Source of the DNA: Acidobacteriota bacterium
GTDB lineage: Bacteria > Acidobacteriota > UBA6911
Length of the DNA: 64,000 bases
Assembly: GCA_963664705.1 (NCBI GenBank)
Contig: OY761556.1
Location: forward strand, 6,496,001-6,560,000
Direction: 5' to 3'
In this document: positions 47,197 to 57,524 of the stretch, piece after piece
Position numbering within the stretch: position 1 is the stretch's first letter
Layout of the letters: the number at the start of each line of letters is the position of its first letter
Position numbers and translations under genes: made by a program
Notes under the pieces: generated by a model
What the model saw: only the letters and a program-made list of their open reading frames with translations
Told to the model about the DNA's origin: nothing
The model's database searches: none

Positions 47197-48501
47197 ATGA
47201 AAAGGCCAAGCATTCTGTTGATGCTGATTGTCTCCGCTGCGGTGATTGGAATGATGCCGGCCGCGCATGCAGCGTCAGCTTGTGTGGATTGCCACAAGAA
47301 TATCACCCCGAACATAGTAACCGACTGGCAGCTGAGCAAGCATGGCCAGGCCGGATTTGATTGTGCGACATGCCACGGTGACGGCCATACCTCCGCCAAT
47401 GATGTGGCCAAGGTTCAGATCCCCACGCCGGAGACCTGTGCCACCTGTCACCCCGAGAAAGTGTCGCAATACAAAGCAGGAAAGCATGCCTTTGCATGGG
47501 CATCCATGAAGGCAATGCCGACATTGCATTATCAGCCGGCCATTCTCAGCGAAGGGATGAAGGGCTGCGGTGGCTGCCATAAAATTGGAGTCAAGTCTCC
47601 CGCGGAAATCAAAGACCTGAAGAAGAGCAGCCCGGGGTTTGGGACTGCTTCCTGCGATGCCTGCCATACGCGTCATCTCTTTTCGGTTGAAGAGGCCAGG
47701 CAGCCGCAGGCTTGCCAGACCTGCCATATGGGCTTTGATCACCCGCAATGGGAAATGTATTCCACCTCGAAACATGGGACCCGCGCGGCATTGAAGCAGA
47801 GCAAGATCCTCCCCGCTAACGTCGCGGCTCCGACCTGTCAGAGCTGCCACATGCAGGGCGGGCAGCACGAAGTACGAACGGCCTGGGGATTCCTGGCTGT
47901 GCGGCTGCCCTTGCCGGAGAACGTGGTGCAGAAGGAAGATCGCATCGCGATTCTGCAGGGACTGGGTGTTTTGGATCCGACCGGGAAACCGACCGGACGC
48001 CTGGAAGCGGTCAAAAGTGTCCAGCTGGCTCGACTGACGCAGGAAGATTGGCAAAAAGAGCGGGACAAGATGATCAAAACCTGTAATCAATGCCATTCCA
48101 TCAACTTTGTAAAAGATGAGATGTCCAAGGGGGATCAGCTCATTGCCGACGCCGATCACCTGGTGGCCGAAGCGATTCGCATTGTGGCTGGCCTCTATAA
48201 GGATGGAGTGCTTGAGAAACCCAAGAATTATGCCTATTCATTCCCGGATCTGCTGACTTTCCAGGATGCGCCGACGCCTATTGAACAGAGGCTGTTTGTG
48301 ATGTTCCTGGAGCACCGGAACAGGACGTTCCAGGGGATGTTCCATAACAATCCGGATTACACCTGGTGGTATGGATACAGCGAAATGCAGCAGGATCTGA
48401 CCAGCATCAAACACATGGCTCAGGAATTGCGAAAAGACGCCAAGGGTACGGCGAAAGTTGCCGCGCCGGCGCCGCCTGCTGCCAGGAAGCCCGCGAAGTA
48501 A
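47197..48501 (+). CDS. Octaheme hydroxylamine-oxidoreductase-family cytochrome c (probably reductive type)
   Basis: Signal peptide, eight CxxCH motifs, 'CHTRH.FS..EAR.P..C..CHMG.DHPQWE.Y..SKHG', C-terminal 'HNNPDYTWWYG'. Confidence 0.88.
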   Translation: MKRPSILLMLIVSAAVIGMMPAAHAASACVDCHKNITPNIVTDWQLSKHGQAGFDCATCHGDGHTSANDVAKVQIPTPETCATCHPEKVSQYKAGKHAFAWASMKAMPTLHYQPAILSEGMKGCGGCHKIGVKSPAEIKDLKKSSPGFGTASCDACHTRHLFSVEEARQPQACQTCHMGFDHPQWEMYSTSKHGTRAALKQSKILPANVAAPTCQSCHMQGGQHEVRTAWGFLAVRLPLPENVVQKEDRIAILQGLGVLDPTGKPTGRLEAVKSVQLARLTQEDWQKERDKMIKTCNQCHSINFVKDEMSKGDQLIADADHLVAEAIRIVAGLYKDGVLEKPKNYAYSFPDLLTFQDAPTPIEQRLFVMFLEHRNRTFQGMFHNNPDYTWWYGYSEMQQDLTSIKHMAQELRKDAKGTAKVAAPAPPAARKPAK

Positions 48502-48517
48502 ACCTTCCTTTATCTGA

Positions 48518-49194
48518 CCGTGAGATTCGTGGCGTCGGTATCTGCCACGAATTTCACGGATTTTGAAGTGCAATGGATATCAGCTCCTTCGGGCTTGGTG
48601 CTTCACTCGCGTTGCGGGGCCTACCATAAAAGCTGAAGAGCGGCGGCAAGCCACCCGACTTGACCGAAATAGAAACCCCGTTAACCGCGAAGACCGCGAA
48701 GACCGCGAAGGAAAATATTTTTGCAGGTTTTGCGGTTATCGTTCTCGCCGGATCCAGCAGCAAAATGAGCCAAAAAATCTTTGCGGTCTTCGAGGTCTTC
48801 GCGGTTCAAATATAAAAACTAATCAACGCCATTTATTAATGGAACCTGATTTCCGCCACGAATTTCACGGATTTTGGAGTGCAATGGATATCAGCCCCTT
48901 CGGGCTTGGTGCTTCACTCGCGTTGCGGGGCCTACCATAAAAGCTGAAGAGCGGCGGCAAGCCACCCGACTTGACCGAAATAGAAACCCCGTTAACCGCG
49001 AAGACCGCGAAGACCGCGAAGACCGCGAAGGAAAATATTTTTGCAGGTTTTGCGGTTATCGTTCTCGCCGGATCCAGCAGCAAAATGAGCCAAAAAATCT
49101 TTGCGGTCTTCGAGGTCTTCGCGGTTCAAAAATAAAAACTAATCAACGCCATTTATTAATGGAACCTGATTTCCGCCACGAATTTCACGGATTT
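48518..49194. repeat. Two near-identical 311/320-bp tandem units of a composite 9-mer/REP element
   Basis: GCCACGAATTTCACGGATTT at 48544, 48855 and 49175; internal (ACCGCGAAG)x3 versus x4 arrays with an inverted counterpart; inverted copy of the border motif at 48518-48533. Confidence 0.93.
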
Positions 49195-49202
49195 CCCCAG
49201 CC

Positions 49203-49796
49203 TTAACTCTTTGCCTTCAGGGGTGTCGTATAAAGAGAAAGCGTGTGGCTGGCGTTGTCTTCATTTGAGATCACCGTGACCGTCTTGTCGGCCACGATCC
49301 CTTCCAGATCGTAGTTGTGGCACACGATCCTGGAGCCTTTCTTTACCTTTTCAAACTGGGGCAGCAGCCTGCGGTTCATTTCCGGCAGCAGGTAAAGCGG
49401 AAACACGGTCGCTTTGCTCAGGTCGACGGTGAAGATGTCGGCCTGTTCGATCTTGACGAGATGCTCTACGTGATTCCGCGCCACATTTTCTCTCGCCTCG
49501 CCAACCCGTTCCGGATCGATATCGAAGCCTACCGCATGGCATCCATATTTCTGCGCGGCAAGAACCAGCATGCGACCGTCGCCGCAGCCGAGGTCGTAAA
49601 CGACGTCGTCCTTTTTGACTTCCGCCATCTGCAGCATTCTGGAAATCAGGTCATAGGCCGTCCCCACATAGACGACATCCGGGGTGCGCATCCATTTCGG
49701 TTTTTCATTCTTTTCGCCGGCCAGGGCGGCGCACACCCAGGGGAGCGCGAGGCCCGCTGGAATACCCTTCAGGAATTCTCTTCTGTCTTTCTTCAT
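49203..49796 (-). CDS. Class I SAM-dependent methyltransferase with twin-arginine-like leader
   Basis: Start reassigned to MKKDRREFLKG; motif I 'YDLGCGDGR', 'GFDID', 'DIF'. Confidence 0.85.
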   Translation of the reverse strand: MKKDRREFLKGIPAGLALPWVCAALAGEKNEKPKWMRTPDVVYVGTAYDLISRMLQMAEVKKDDVVYDLGCGDGRMLVLAAQKYGCHAVGFDIDPERVGEARENVARNHVEHLVKIEQADIFTVDLSKATVFPLYLLPEMNRRLLPQFEKVKKGSRIVCHNYDLEGIVADKTVTVISNEDNASHTLSLYTTPLKAKS

Positions 49797-49809
49797 GGTG
49801 CTCTCCAAA

Positions 49810-50574
49810 TCAGTGAAAAATCGCCAGCATGGGGAATCTGGAGACAATGGACTGAATGCCCATGTCGGTTACGCTGCATCCGGCGGCATAGACGATGCGG
49901 AGGTTTGGCGTGGTCAGGAAATGGCCGAGGTCCCCATCATTGATATTGCAGTTCATCAGGTTCAATTCGTTCAGACGGGGCATCCCCTCGAGTTTTTCGA
50001 TCCCATCGCCGCTGACCTGCGTGTCTGAGAGGGCCAGGACTTCCAGCGTCTTCAGGTCCGCGATGGCGGCCATGTCTTCGTTGGAGATCTTGTTGCCGCT
50101 CAGATTCAGGACCGCCAGGGCCGGACTTTTGATGTTTTTGAGGAACGCGCCGTTGATTTTTGTGCGCTGGAGAGACAGCGCTTCGAGATTTTTGAGACTG
50201 GCCAGCCATTCAAGGGAGTCTCCGTTCAGGTTGACATCATGGATATACAGACGGCGAATCGTTGGGCATTTTTTCAGGTTTGCCATTCCCGAACTCGTGA
50301 CGCTTCCGCCCGCGATTTCCAGCCATTCCAGTCCCGGCAGGGACGGAAGCTGTCCCATGGCTTCGTCATTCATTTCGCCGGACAACGCTTCAATCCAGCG
50401 AACCACTCCGCGCGCGTCGTGCTGCAGCGGGACCCCTATCCGGGTCAGGGCTGCGACGGCGTCTTTTTCAGCCTTCTGCGGGGACTCCTTCCCGTACTGG
50501 CCAAAGGAAGTGCCGAGCCCGAGGACAAGGAAAGCTATTGTCATTAATCGCTTACGCCAAAATAGCAAACCCAT
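49810..50574 (-). CDS. Exported leucine-rich-repeat protein
   Basis: Signal peptide; repeated LxxLxLxxtxi units (LEALSLQRTKIN, LEVLALSDTQVS, LNELNLMNCNIN). Confidence 0.85.
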   Translation of the reverse strand: MGLLFWRKRLMTIAFLVLGLGTSFGQYGKESPQKAEKDAVAALTRIGVPLQHDARGVVRWIEALSGEMNDEAMGQLPSLPGLEWLEIAGGSVTSSGMANLKKCPTIRRLYIHDVNLNGDSLEWLASLKNLEALSLQRTKINGAFLKNIKSPALAVLNLSGNKISNEDMAAIADLKTLEVLALSDTQVSGDGIEKLEGMPRLNELNLMNCNINDGDLGHFLTTPNLRIVYAAGCSVTDMGIQSIVSRFPMLAIFH

Positions 50575-50647
50575 CACCATCTCCTTTATTGAAAAATTCC
50601 CCAAATCTCACTGCCGGGAGTTTGACCCCGAAACTAATATTTGAGGC

Positions 50648-51805
50648 TTAGTCGAGCGTTTTTCGAAAGCGGAGGGCGCTCAATAATAAAATCGCCGTAC
50701 CGAAAATCGCCAGCGCCAACATGCTTTGCCAGAATGATTCTGCTCCCGTCCCCTTTAGAAACAGGTCTCTCACAATTTGCATGAAATACCTTAGCGGGTT
50801 CAAATAAGTTAAATACTGAACCGGCACCGGCATGTTTCGGATCGGGAATGCAAATCCGCTGAGCAGCATCGCCGGCATGAAAAAGAAAAACGACGACATC
50901 ATCGCCTGCTGTTGCGTATGGGAAATCGTGGAGATAAAAAGCCCGACTCCAAGGGTCGAGAGCAGAAACAGCAGCGCACAGCCGAAAAGCAGCGGGATGT
51001 TCCCCCGGATGGGGATGCGAAAGATCAGCAGCGCCGCGACGACCACCAGTGCCACTTCAATCACGCCCACCAGCGCGAAAGGCAGAAGCTTTCCCATAAT
51101 CAGCTCAAAGGGCCGCACGGGCGTTACCATCAATTGCTCCATGGTGCCGATTTCTTTTTCCCGGACGATGCTCATGGATGTCAGCATAATCGTGACCAGC
51201 GCGATGATATTGACAATCACGCCGGGGACAAAATAGACGCGGCTCTTCAGGTCCGGGTTGAACCACACGCGCGAATGGGATGTGAGCACCGGGATGACAA
51301 CGGGGACTGGCGCGCCCGTCCTGGCCGTTGGCGGATAGATGCGCATATTCTGTTGCGCAGCCTGGGCTTTAGCTGCGAACCCGGCGATGATCTGCGTTGC
51401 ATATCCGGAAACGATGGACGCCGTATTGGAATTCGTTCCATCCACAAGGATCTGGACCGAGGCGCTGCTGCCGCGTTTGACGTCCCTGGAAAATCCGGGC
51501 AGTATGCGGATCACTGTTTGTACTCTTCCGTGATCCATTGCTTCCTGAACTTCGCTATTGTTGCGTGGAATCTCTACAATCCTGAAGTAGGGGGAACCCG
51601 TGAATGCGGCCATCAGATCGCGGCTTTCGGGCGTTTGATCCATGTCCATCCAGGCGGTTCGTGCATTTTCGACATCCAGGTTTACGGCATAACCGAACAG
51701 GATGAGCTGAAGGATCGGAATTCCAAAGAGAATGGCCCGCGTGCGCGGATCGCGGAGGGTCTGGAAAAATTCTTTTTGAAAAATCTCGCGGATGCGGTTC
51801 CACAT
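50648..51805 (-). CDS. ABC-2 type exporter permease (YbhR-like)
   Basis: 'KEF.Q..RD', 'REKEIGTMEQL.VTP', 'LLSGFAFPI.NMP'. Confidence 0.92.
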   Translation of the reverse strand: MWNRIREIFQKEFFQTLRDPRTRAILFGIPILQLILFGYAVNLDVENARTAWMDMDQTPESRDLMAAFTGSPYFRIVEIPRNNSEVQEAMDHGRVQTVIRILPGFSRDVKRGSSASVQILVDGTNSNTASIVSGYATQIIAGFAAKAQAAQQNMRIYPPTARTGAPVPVVIPVLTSHSRVWFNPDLKSRVYFVPGVIVNIIALVTIMLTSMSIVREKEIGTMEQLMVTPVRPFELIMGKLLPFALVGVIEVALVVVAALLIFRIPIRGNIPLLFGCALLFLLSTLGVGLFISTISHTQQQAMMSSFFFFMPAMLLSGFAFPIRNMPVPVQYLTYLNPLRYFMQIVRDLFLKGTGAESFWQSMLALAIFGTAILLLSALRFRKTLD

Positions 51806-51809
51806 GGTT

Positions 51810-52946
51810 TCAGGCCACCTTCTGCCGCAATCTTTTCACGGCCACCACGAAAACAATAGCCGCGTATGCGGCAAGGAGAAGCACCTCTTTGTACAGCACA
51901 TCGATCCCAACGCCGCGCAGGAAGATCCCCTTCAATATCGTGACGTAATAGCGTGTCGGAAACAGATAGGTTACGGCCTGGACCGGGACCGGGGGCATGT
52001 TCTCAATCGCAAATACGAATCCCGACAACAAAAACGCGGGGAGAAAAGAAGTAAGCATTGCCACCTGGTATGCCAGCAACTGATTCTTCGAAATAGCCGA
52101 GATCAGGATGCCCCAGAAGAGCGCTCCAAAAAGAAAGAGGCACCCGGTCAGGACCAGGAAAATGTAGTTGCCGTGCTGCGGGACCTGGAAGACGCCCACG
52201 CCCACAAGGATAGTGACCAGCATGTCGATGATGCCGAGCGCGAAATAGGCGCTCATTTTTCCGAGCGCAATCTCCGCCGGCCGCAGCGGCGTGGACAGGA
52301 TTTGTTCCATGGTGCCTGCCTCCCATTCCCTGGCGAGGGTCAGGGAAGTGAGGAGAGCGCCAATGATCATGAGGATGAGCGCGATCAGTCCCGGGACGAT
52401 ATAGTTCTTTGATTTCAGCTGGCTGTTGTACCAGACGCGCAGCCTGGGTTCCACCGGGAATCCCGGCACATTCTGTCCCATGTGGTTCTGCGCTTCGCTG
52501 CGAATCCCGATGGAAGCGTTCTGGACGATCATGTTCGCGTAGCCAAGGGCGATGGACGCGGTATTGGAATCACTGCCGTCAAACAGCAACTGCAGCTGGG
52601 GCCTTCGGCCCAGGCGCAAATCCCTGGAATAGTCCTGCGGGATGACGATTCCGAGCATGCATTCATCTTTATCTATCTTGTCTTCAATGGTTCGATAGCT
52701 GGACACGGAACCCAGAATGTGAAAGTAGCGGGATCCCTGGAACCGTGCCACCAGCTCGCGGCTCTCGGGACTCTGATCGGAGTCATATACCAGCGAAGGA
52801 ATTCTGTCCACGTCCAGCGTGAGCGCATAGCCGAACAGCAGGATCATGAGCAGGGGCAGCGCCAGCGCCATTACCAGACTGCGAGGGTCCCGCAGTATAT
52901 GGAGAAATTCCTTCCGGGCAACCGCTTTGGTTCTCCTGAAATTCAT
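51810..52946 (-). CDS. ABC-2 type exporter permease (YbhS-like)
   Basis: Start reassigned to MNFRRTKAVARKEFLHILRDPRSL; 'AREWEAGTMEQ', 'LLSGFVFAIENMP'. Confidence 0.92.
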   Translation of the reverse strand: MNFRRTKAVARKEFLHILRDPRSLVMALALPLLMILLFGYALTLDVDRIPSLVYDSDQSPESRELVARFQGSRYFHILGSVSSYRTIEDKIDKDECMLGIVIPQDYSRDLRLGRRPQLQLLFDGSDSNTASIALGYANMIVQNASIGIRSEAQNHMGQNVPGFPVEPRLRVWYNSQLKSKNYIVPGLIALILMIIGALLTSLTLAREWEAGTMEQILSTPLRPAEIALGKMSAYFALGIIDMLVTILVGVGVFQVPQHGNYIFLVLTGCLFLFGALFWGILISAISKNQLLAYQVAMLTSFLPAFLLSGFVFAIENMPPVPVQAVTYLFPTRYYVTILKGIFLRGVGIDVLYKEVLLLAAYAAIVFVVAVKRLRQKVA

Positions 52947-53066
52947 AAGGCTATGCTTAATTCTTTCCTCAGCCCTGTCAATAGCAAACAGGATCCTATG
53001 TGTTCTTTCAGTCTTCGGGTTCACCCATGCCGCAGGCATGGTATGCTTTTGCCAATGGAGGGACCG

Positions 53067-54476
53067 ATGGATACTGCGAAAACTCAATCATTCGTTGCAA
53101 AGATGTGGAAAGAATCGATTGTTCCGGAATTGACAGAGTACATCCGGATTCCCAATAAATCGCCTCTTTATGAACCGAAGTGGCAGGAGCAGGGCCACAT
53201 GGATCAGGCGGTTGCCCTCATCGAGCGCTGGTGTCGCCGGCAGCCCATCCAGGGATTGACATTCGAGGTAGTGCGGGAAGAAGGGCGGACCCCGCTTCTT
53301 TTCATCGACATCCCGGGCGATTCGTCCGAATGCATCCTGCTTTACGGGCACCTCGACAAGCAGCCGGAAATGACGGGTTGGCGCGACGGCCTGGGACCCT
53401 GGACTCCCGTAATCGAGGGCGATAAGTTATACGGACGCGGCGGCGCGGATGACGGCTATGCCGTCTTCTCAGCGCTGACGGCGGTCCTGGCGCTCAAAGA
53501 CCAGAAAATCCCGCACGCCCGCTGCGTGGTTCTCATCGAAGCTTGTGAAGAGAGCGGCAGCTACGATCTTCCCTTTTACATCGAAAAACTCTACGGCCGC
53601 ATCGGTGTTCCAAGTCTCATTGTCTGTCTCGATTCGGGTTGTGGGAATTATGATCAGCTCTGGTGCACCAGTTCATTGCGCGGCCTGGTTGTCGGCGACC
53701 TCTCGGTGCAACTGCTGAAAGAAGGGGTCCACTCCGGGGATGGAAGCGGAGTGGTGTCTTCGAGTTTTCGAGTCATGCGGCAATTGCTGAGCCGCCTCGA
53801 GGATGAAAGAACCGGCGAAATAATCGTGCCTGATTTTCACGTCGAGCTTCAGGCTCAGACCCTCGATCAAGCCGATCAGACCGCGCAAATACTGGGAGAG
53901 GAGGTCTTCTCGAAATTTCCTCTGCTCCCGGGTGTTCAGCCGGTCATTACCAGGCCCGCCGAGCTGATACTGAACCGAACCTGGCGCCCGGCCCTGGCTA
54001 TCACTGGAGCTGCGGGGTTGCCGTCCTTAAAAGATGCGGGCAATGTTCTTCGCCCGATGACGGCGGTCCGGGTGTCGCTGCGAATTCCGCCCGGTTGCGA
54101 CCCGGCGAAAGCGAGCGAGCGACTGAAGCAGTTGTTCGAAACCGATCCGCCCTACGGCGCTCACGTAAAATTTGAATTGGGGCAGAGCGCCGCAGGCTGG
54201 AGCGCTCCCGCGATGAAGCCCTGGCTGGCGCAATCCGTGGACCGGTCATCGGAGAACTTCTTCGGCCGGAAAGCGGCATTCATGGGAGAAGGCGGGTCCA
54301 TTCCTTTCATGGATATGCTGGGGAAGAAATTTCCGGAGGCTCAGTTCCTGATCACAGGGCTTCTCGGCCCCAATTCGAATGCTCACGGACCGAACGAATT
54401 CCTGCACATACCAACGGGCGTCAAGCTTACCTGCTGCGTTGCCCATGTTCTTTCGGACCACTTTACGAGGAAGTAA
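53067..54476 (+). CDS. M20-family metallopeptidase
   Basis: Start reassigned to MDTAKTQ (GGAGG RBS); 'YGHLDKQP', 'GRGGADDG', 'EESGS', 'AHGPNE'. Confidence 0.92.
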   Translation: MDTAKTQSFVAKMWKESIVPELTEYIRIPNKSPLYEPKWQEQGHMDQAVALIERWCRRQPIQGLTFEVVREEGRTPLLFIDIPGDSSECILLYGHLDKQPEMTGWRDGLGPWTPVIEGDKLYGRGGADDGYAVFSALTAVLALKDQKIPHARCVVLIEACEESGSYDLPFYIEKLYGRIGVPSLIVCLDSGCGNYDQLWCTSSLRGLVVGDLSVQLLKEGVHSGDGSGVVSSSFRVMRQLLSRLEDERTGEIIVPDFHVELQAQTLDQADQTAQILGEEVFSKFPLLPGVQPVITRPAELILNRTWRPALAITGAAGLPSLKDAGNVLRPMTAVRVSLRIPPGCDPAKASERLKQLFETDPPYGAHVKFELGQSAAGWSAPAMKPWLAQSVDRSSENFFGRKAAFMGEGGSIPFMDMLGKKFPEAQFLITGLLGPNSNAHGPNEFLHIPTGVKLTCCVAHVLSDHFTRK

Positions 54477-54516
54477 TTCCTGACCTGGGAATACAACAGT
54501 TCAAGGGGAGATAGAT

Positions 54517-55122
54517 ATGAAGGTGCTGGGACTCTCATTCAGTCCGCGGGAATATGGAAATACCGAATTGCTTTTGGATAACGTTTTTACCGGCGCCGGG
54601 CAACTGGGGGCTGAAACGGAGTTGTTCAGAGTCGCAGATAAAAAAATTGCGCCCTGTACCGGCTGCGGATCCTGCTACAAAACAGGGGAATGCCGGATTC
54701 GAGACGATATGCAGGAGCTGTATGTCAAGATGCAGGCAGCGGACGGGATTGTCTTTGGAACGCCCGTTTACTATTACAACATGACCGCGCAGGGGAAGAC
54801 GGTTATTGATAGAACCTTGGCTTTGGGGCATTCCGGCAAAGGTTTGAGAAATAAGGTCGGTGGCGTTGTGGTTGTCGGCGGCAGCCTCGGCCTGGTGGAT
54901 GCCGTCAAGGATCTCTATTTTTTCATGGTGATCCACCAGATGATCCCGGCCAATTTCATCGCCGCCTATGCTTCCAACAAGGGGGATGTCGAGAAACTGA
55001 ATAAATGCATGCAGGCTGCGACTGACCTCGGTATGCAGATGGTTAAAATTGTCGAGAGTGGTTTCAGCTATCCGGAGGAGTTTCGCGCGAATCACATTGG
55101 CTATGGCACGCACACTTGGTGA
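54517..55122 (+). CDS. Iron-sulfur flavoprotein / flavodoxin-like NADPH-dependent FMN reductase
   Basis: 'SPR..GNT', CxxCxxCxxxxxC, 'GTPVYY'. Confidence 0.9.
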   Translation: MKVLGLSFSPREYGNTELLLDNVFTGAGQLGAETELFRVADKKIAPCTGCGSCYKTGECRIRDDMQELYVKMQAADGIVFGTPVYYYNMTAQGKTVIDRTLALGHSGKGLRNKVGGVVVVGGSLGLVDAVKDLYFFMVIHQMIPANFIAAYASNKGDVEKLNKCMQAATDLGMQMVKIVESGFSYPEEFRANHIGYGTHTW

Positions 55123-55469
55123 GGATTCCAGATTTCAGATTCCAGACTAAGCCGCTGGTAATGACATTTGCTTTGTTGCAATTGCCGTTCTCTCGCCCCT
55201 TCGGGGCTCCATTATTTTCACTGTTGTACCAGGGGTTCGCTCCGCTCACCCCTGGCTACTATCTTCCGCGCCTCCGGCGCTTAGTATATAGATGGAATAA
55301 AGACCCAGCGCGGGAGGCGCGAAAGATAGTAGCCCCGGGCGAGCTTGCGAGCCCGGGGTAATGTTTGGAGCCCAATGAGCTCTGAAGGGGCGAAAGAAAA
55401 GCGCCCGAAAAAAGAGTAGATGGCATTAATGGTACGAATGCCTGGTGAGGATTCCAGATTTCAGATTCC
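55117..55469. repeat. MITE/REP-doublet element (55159-55428) lying between 27-bp direct repeats that include the upstream stop codon
   Basis: Ends TAATGACA...TGGCATTA; two inverted REP-like halves; TGGTGAGGATTCCAGATTTCAGATTCC at 55117 and 55443. Confidence 0.82.
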
Positions 55470-55485
55470 GGATTACGGATTTGCG

Positions 55486-56268
55486 TTAGTCTGGAATTTC
55501 GAAATTACGCGGCAGGTCCGCAATGGAATTCAGTACCAGGTCCGGGACAACGGTTCCTTCCAAATCTGTCGGTCTGAATTTTCCTGTCCGGACGAGTGCT
55601 CCCTTCAGGCCGGCCTTCTGAGCCCCTTCCACGTCTGTTTCAATCCCGTCGCCTATCATGAGCACTTCGCCGGCCGGAAGCCCCAACTGTTCTACTGCCG
55701 CAAGAAAAAATGATTTATCCGGCTTGCCGCAGACGATGGCTTTGCGGCCCGTTGCGTGCTCCAGGGCGGCTACAAAGGGCGCCACATCCAGCCGCAGTCC
55801 ATCATGCGCATGCCAGAAAGGAGTCATGCCCAGGGCGATCAGCACGGCGCGGGGATTGGCGTGCAGGAGGCGAAAGGCCCGGTTCAGGATGCGGTAATTC
55901 CAGGCGTCTCCCAGGTCGCCGATAACGACGTAATCGGCCCCGGTTTCCGCCTCATCAGGCAACAGATCCAGGCCTTCGAACTCGCTCAAAGCTTTGGGTG
56001 CGACAAACAGGGCCGTCCTGCCGGCCGGCTGATGCCGCAGCCAGTCTGCGGCCGCGACGCATGGCGTGCGTATCCTGTCCCTGGAAGCGTGAATGCCGAA
56101 CCGGCTCAGTTTTTGCACAAGCACATCTCTTCCGCGCGATGTCGTGTTGGTGACGAAGAGGTGCGGTAGGGCCTGGCGCTGGACCCACGCGAGCGTTTCC
56201 GCGGCTCCTTCAATCGGTTCCTCCGAATTGTATAGCACCCCATCCATGTCGAACAAAATTCCGCGCAT
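55486..56268 (-). CDS. HAD-superfamily class IIA hydrolase (LHPP-like)
   Basis: Start reassigned to MRGILFDMDGVL; 'VTNTT', 'GKP', 'MIGD.IETDV.GA'. Confidence 0.9.
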   Translation of the reverse strand: MRGILFDMDGVLYNSEEPIEGAAETLAWVQRQALPHLFVTNTTSRGRDVLVQKLSRFGIHASRDRIRTPCVAAADWLRHQPAGRTALFVAPKALSEFEGLDLLPDEAETGADYVVIGDLGDAWNYRILNRAFRLLHANPRAVLIALGMTPFWHAHDGLRLDVAPFVAALEHATGRKAIVCGKPDKSFFLAAVEQLGLPAGEVLMIGDGIETDVEGAQKAGLKGALVRTGKFRPTDLEGTVVPDLVLNSIADLPRNFEIPD

Positions 56269-56343
56269 TGATTTCCCCTTTCCGGACGACCAAGTATATA
56301 ATAGTAGGTTCTGGCAAACACATGCGACTAAGGAGAGACTTGT

Positions 56344-57423
56344 ATGTCCAAAACAGATGCCATTGCCAAAATCAGGGAATTGCTGGGGGATCAGTCCGGC
56401 TATTTCCTCGACCATCAGAGCCATACTTTGAGCAAGGACCAGCTGCACCTGCCCGGTCCGGATTTTGTCGACAGAGTTTGGGTCAATAGCGATAGATCTG
56501 CCCTGGTTTTGCGCAATCTCCAGGCATTGTTTGATAATGGACGATTGCGGGGAACGGGCTATCTCTCGATTCTTCCGGTCGATCAGGGGATCGAGCATTC
56601 GGCCGGCGCTTCATTTGCTCCGAATCCGATTTACTTTGATGGCGAGAACATTGTGAAGCTTGCCATCGAGGGTGGATGCAACGCGGTAGCTTCGACACTG
56701 GGAGTTCTCGGGTCCGTATGCCGGAAGTATGCCCACAAGATTCCGTTCATTCTGAAGATCAATCACAACGAGTTCATTTCCTATCCGAACACCTACGACC
56801 AGATCCTCTTTTCCAATGTCCAGCAGGCTTTTGATATGGGTGCGGCCGCGGTTGGCGCAACCATTTATTTCGGATCCGAGGAATCGAAACGGCAGATCCA
56901 GGAAATCTCCGCCGCTTTTCATGAAGCGCATCAACTGGGGATGGCGACCATCCTATGGTGCTATCTGAGAAATTCCGCTTTCGACAAAACGAAGGAAGGC
57001 GGACCCGATTATCACGTTTCCGCGGATTTGTCCGGCCAGGCCAACCATCTCGGAGTTACGATCGAGGCCGATATCATCAAGCAGAAGTTGCCGGTGAATA
57101 ATGGCGGATACGAGGCCGTGAAATTTGGCAAGACTCATAAGAAGGTCTATTCGGAGCTCAGTTCGGAACACCCGATCGATCTGACCCGTTATCAGCTGAT
57201 CAACTGCTACCTTGGCCGCGCCGGCCTGATCAACAGCGGCGGGGCGAGTTCCGGCGCAGGCGACCTGGCAGAGGCTGTCAAAACCGCCGTCATCAACAAG
57301 CGCGCGGGCGGCATGGGTTTGATCTCCGGCCGAAAGGCTTTCCAGCGACCCATGAAAGAAGGTGTCGCCCTCCTGAACGCGATTCAGGATGTTTACCTCT
57401 GCAAGGATGTAACCATCGCCTGA
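56344..57423 (+). CDS. fbaB: Class I fructose-bisphosphate aldolase
   Basis: '[26 protein letters not shown]', Schiff-base 'ADIIKQKLP', '[10 protein letters not shown]'. Confidence 0.96.
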   Translation: MSKTDAIAKIRELLGDQSGYFLDHQSHTLSKDQLHLPGPDFVDRVWVNSDRSALVLRNLQALFDNGRLRGTGYLSILPVDQGIEHSAGASFAPNPIYFDGENIVKLAIEGGCNAVASTLGVLGSVCRKYAHKIPFILKINHNEFISYPNTYDQILFSNVQQAFDMGAAAVGATIYFGSEESKRQIQEISAAFHEAHQLGMATILWCYLRNSAFDKTKEGGPDYHVSADLSGQANHLGVTIEADIIKQKLPVNNGGYEAVKFGKTHKKVYSELSSEHPIDLTRYQLINCYLGRAGLINSGGASSGAGDLAEAVKTAVINKRAGGMGLISGRKAFQRPMKEGVALLNAIQDVYLCKDVTIA

Positions 57424-57524
57424 TCTTGAGCGCATCGTAATTTTTCGTGAGCTTCGCGGGCATTGTTTGCGTCCGCGAAGCTCACGGATTTTTTCGAATT
57501 ACCAATATCTTTTGCTGCCACATC

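Noticed and set aside
48544-49206. CRISPR-like array of a 20-bp motif; ORFs 48563-48940 and 48874-49206 as genes
   Set aside because: The ~300-bp intervening sequences are duplicates. The ORFs are translations of the repeat (REDREDRE from the 9-mer) with no RBS or recognisable domain.
50648-52946. Pseudogenised ABC exporter, because no ATPase or adaptor gene is adjacent
   Set aside because: Both permease frames are intact; partners may be encoded elsewhere, so decay is not supported.
52482-53066. 195-aa N-terminal extension of the M20 peptidase (similar extensions on nifJ, the HAD hydrolase, the ybhS-like permease and virB5)
   Set aside because: The extensions overlap neighbouring genes or intergenic DNA; family similarity begins at the downstream ATG, usually with an RBS.
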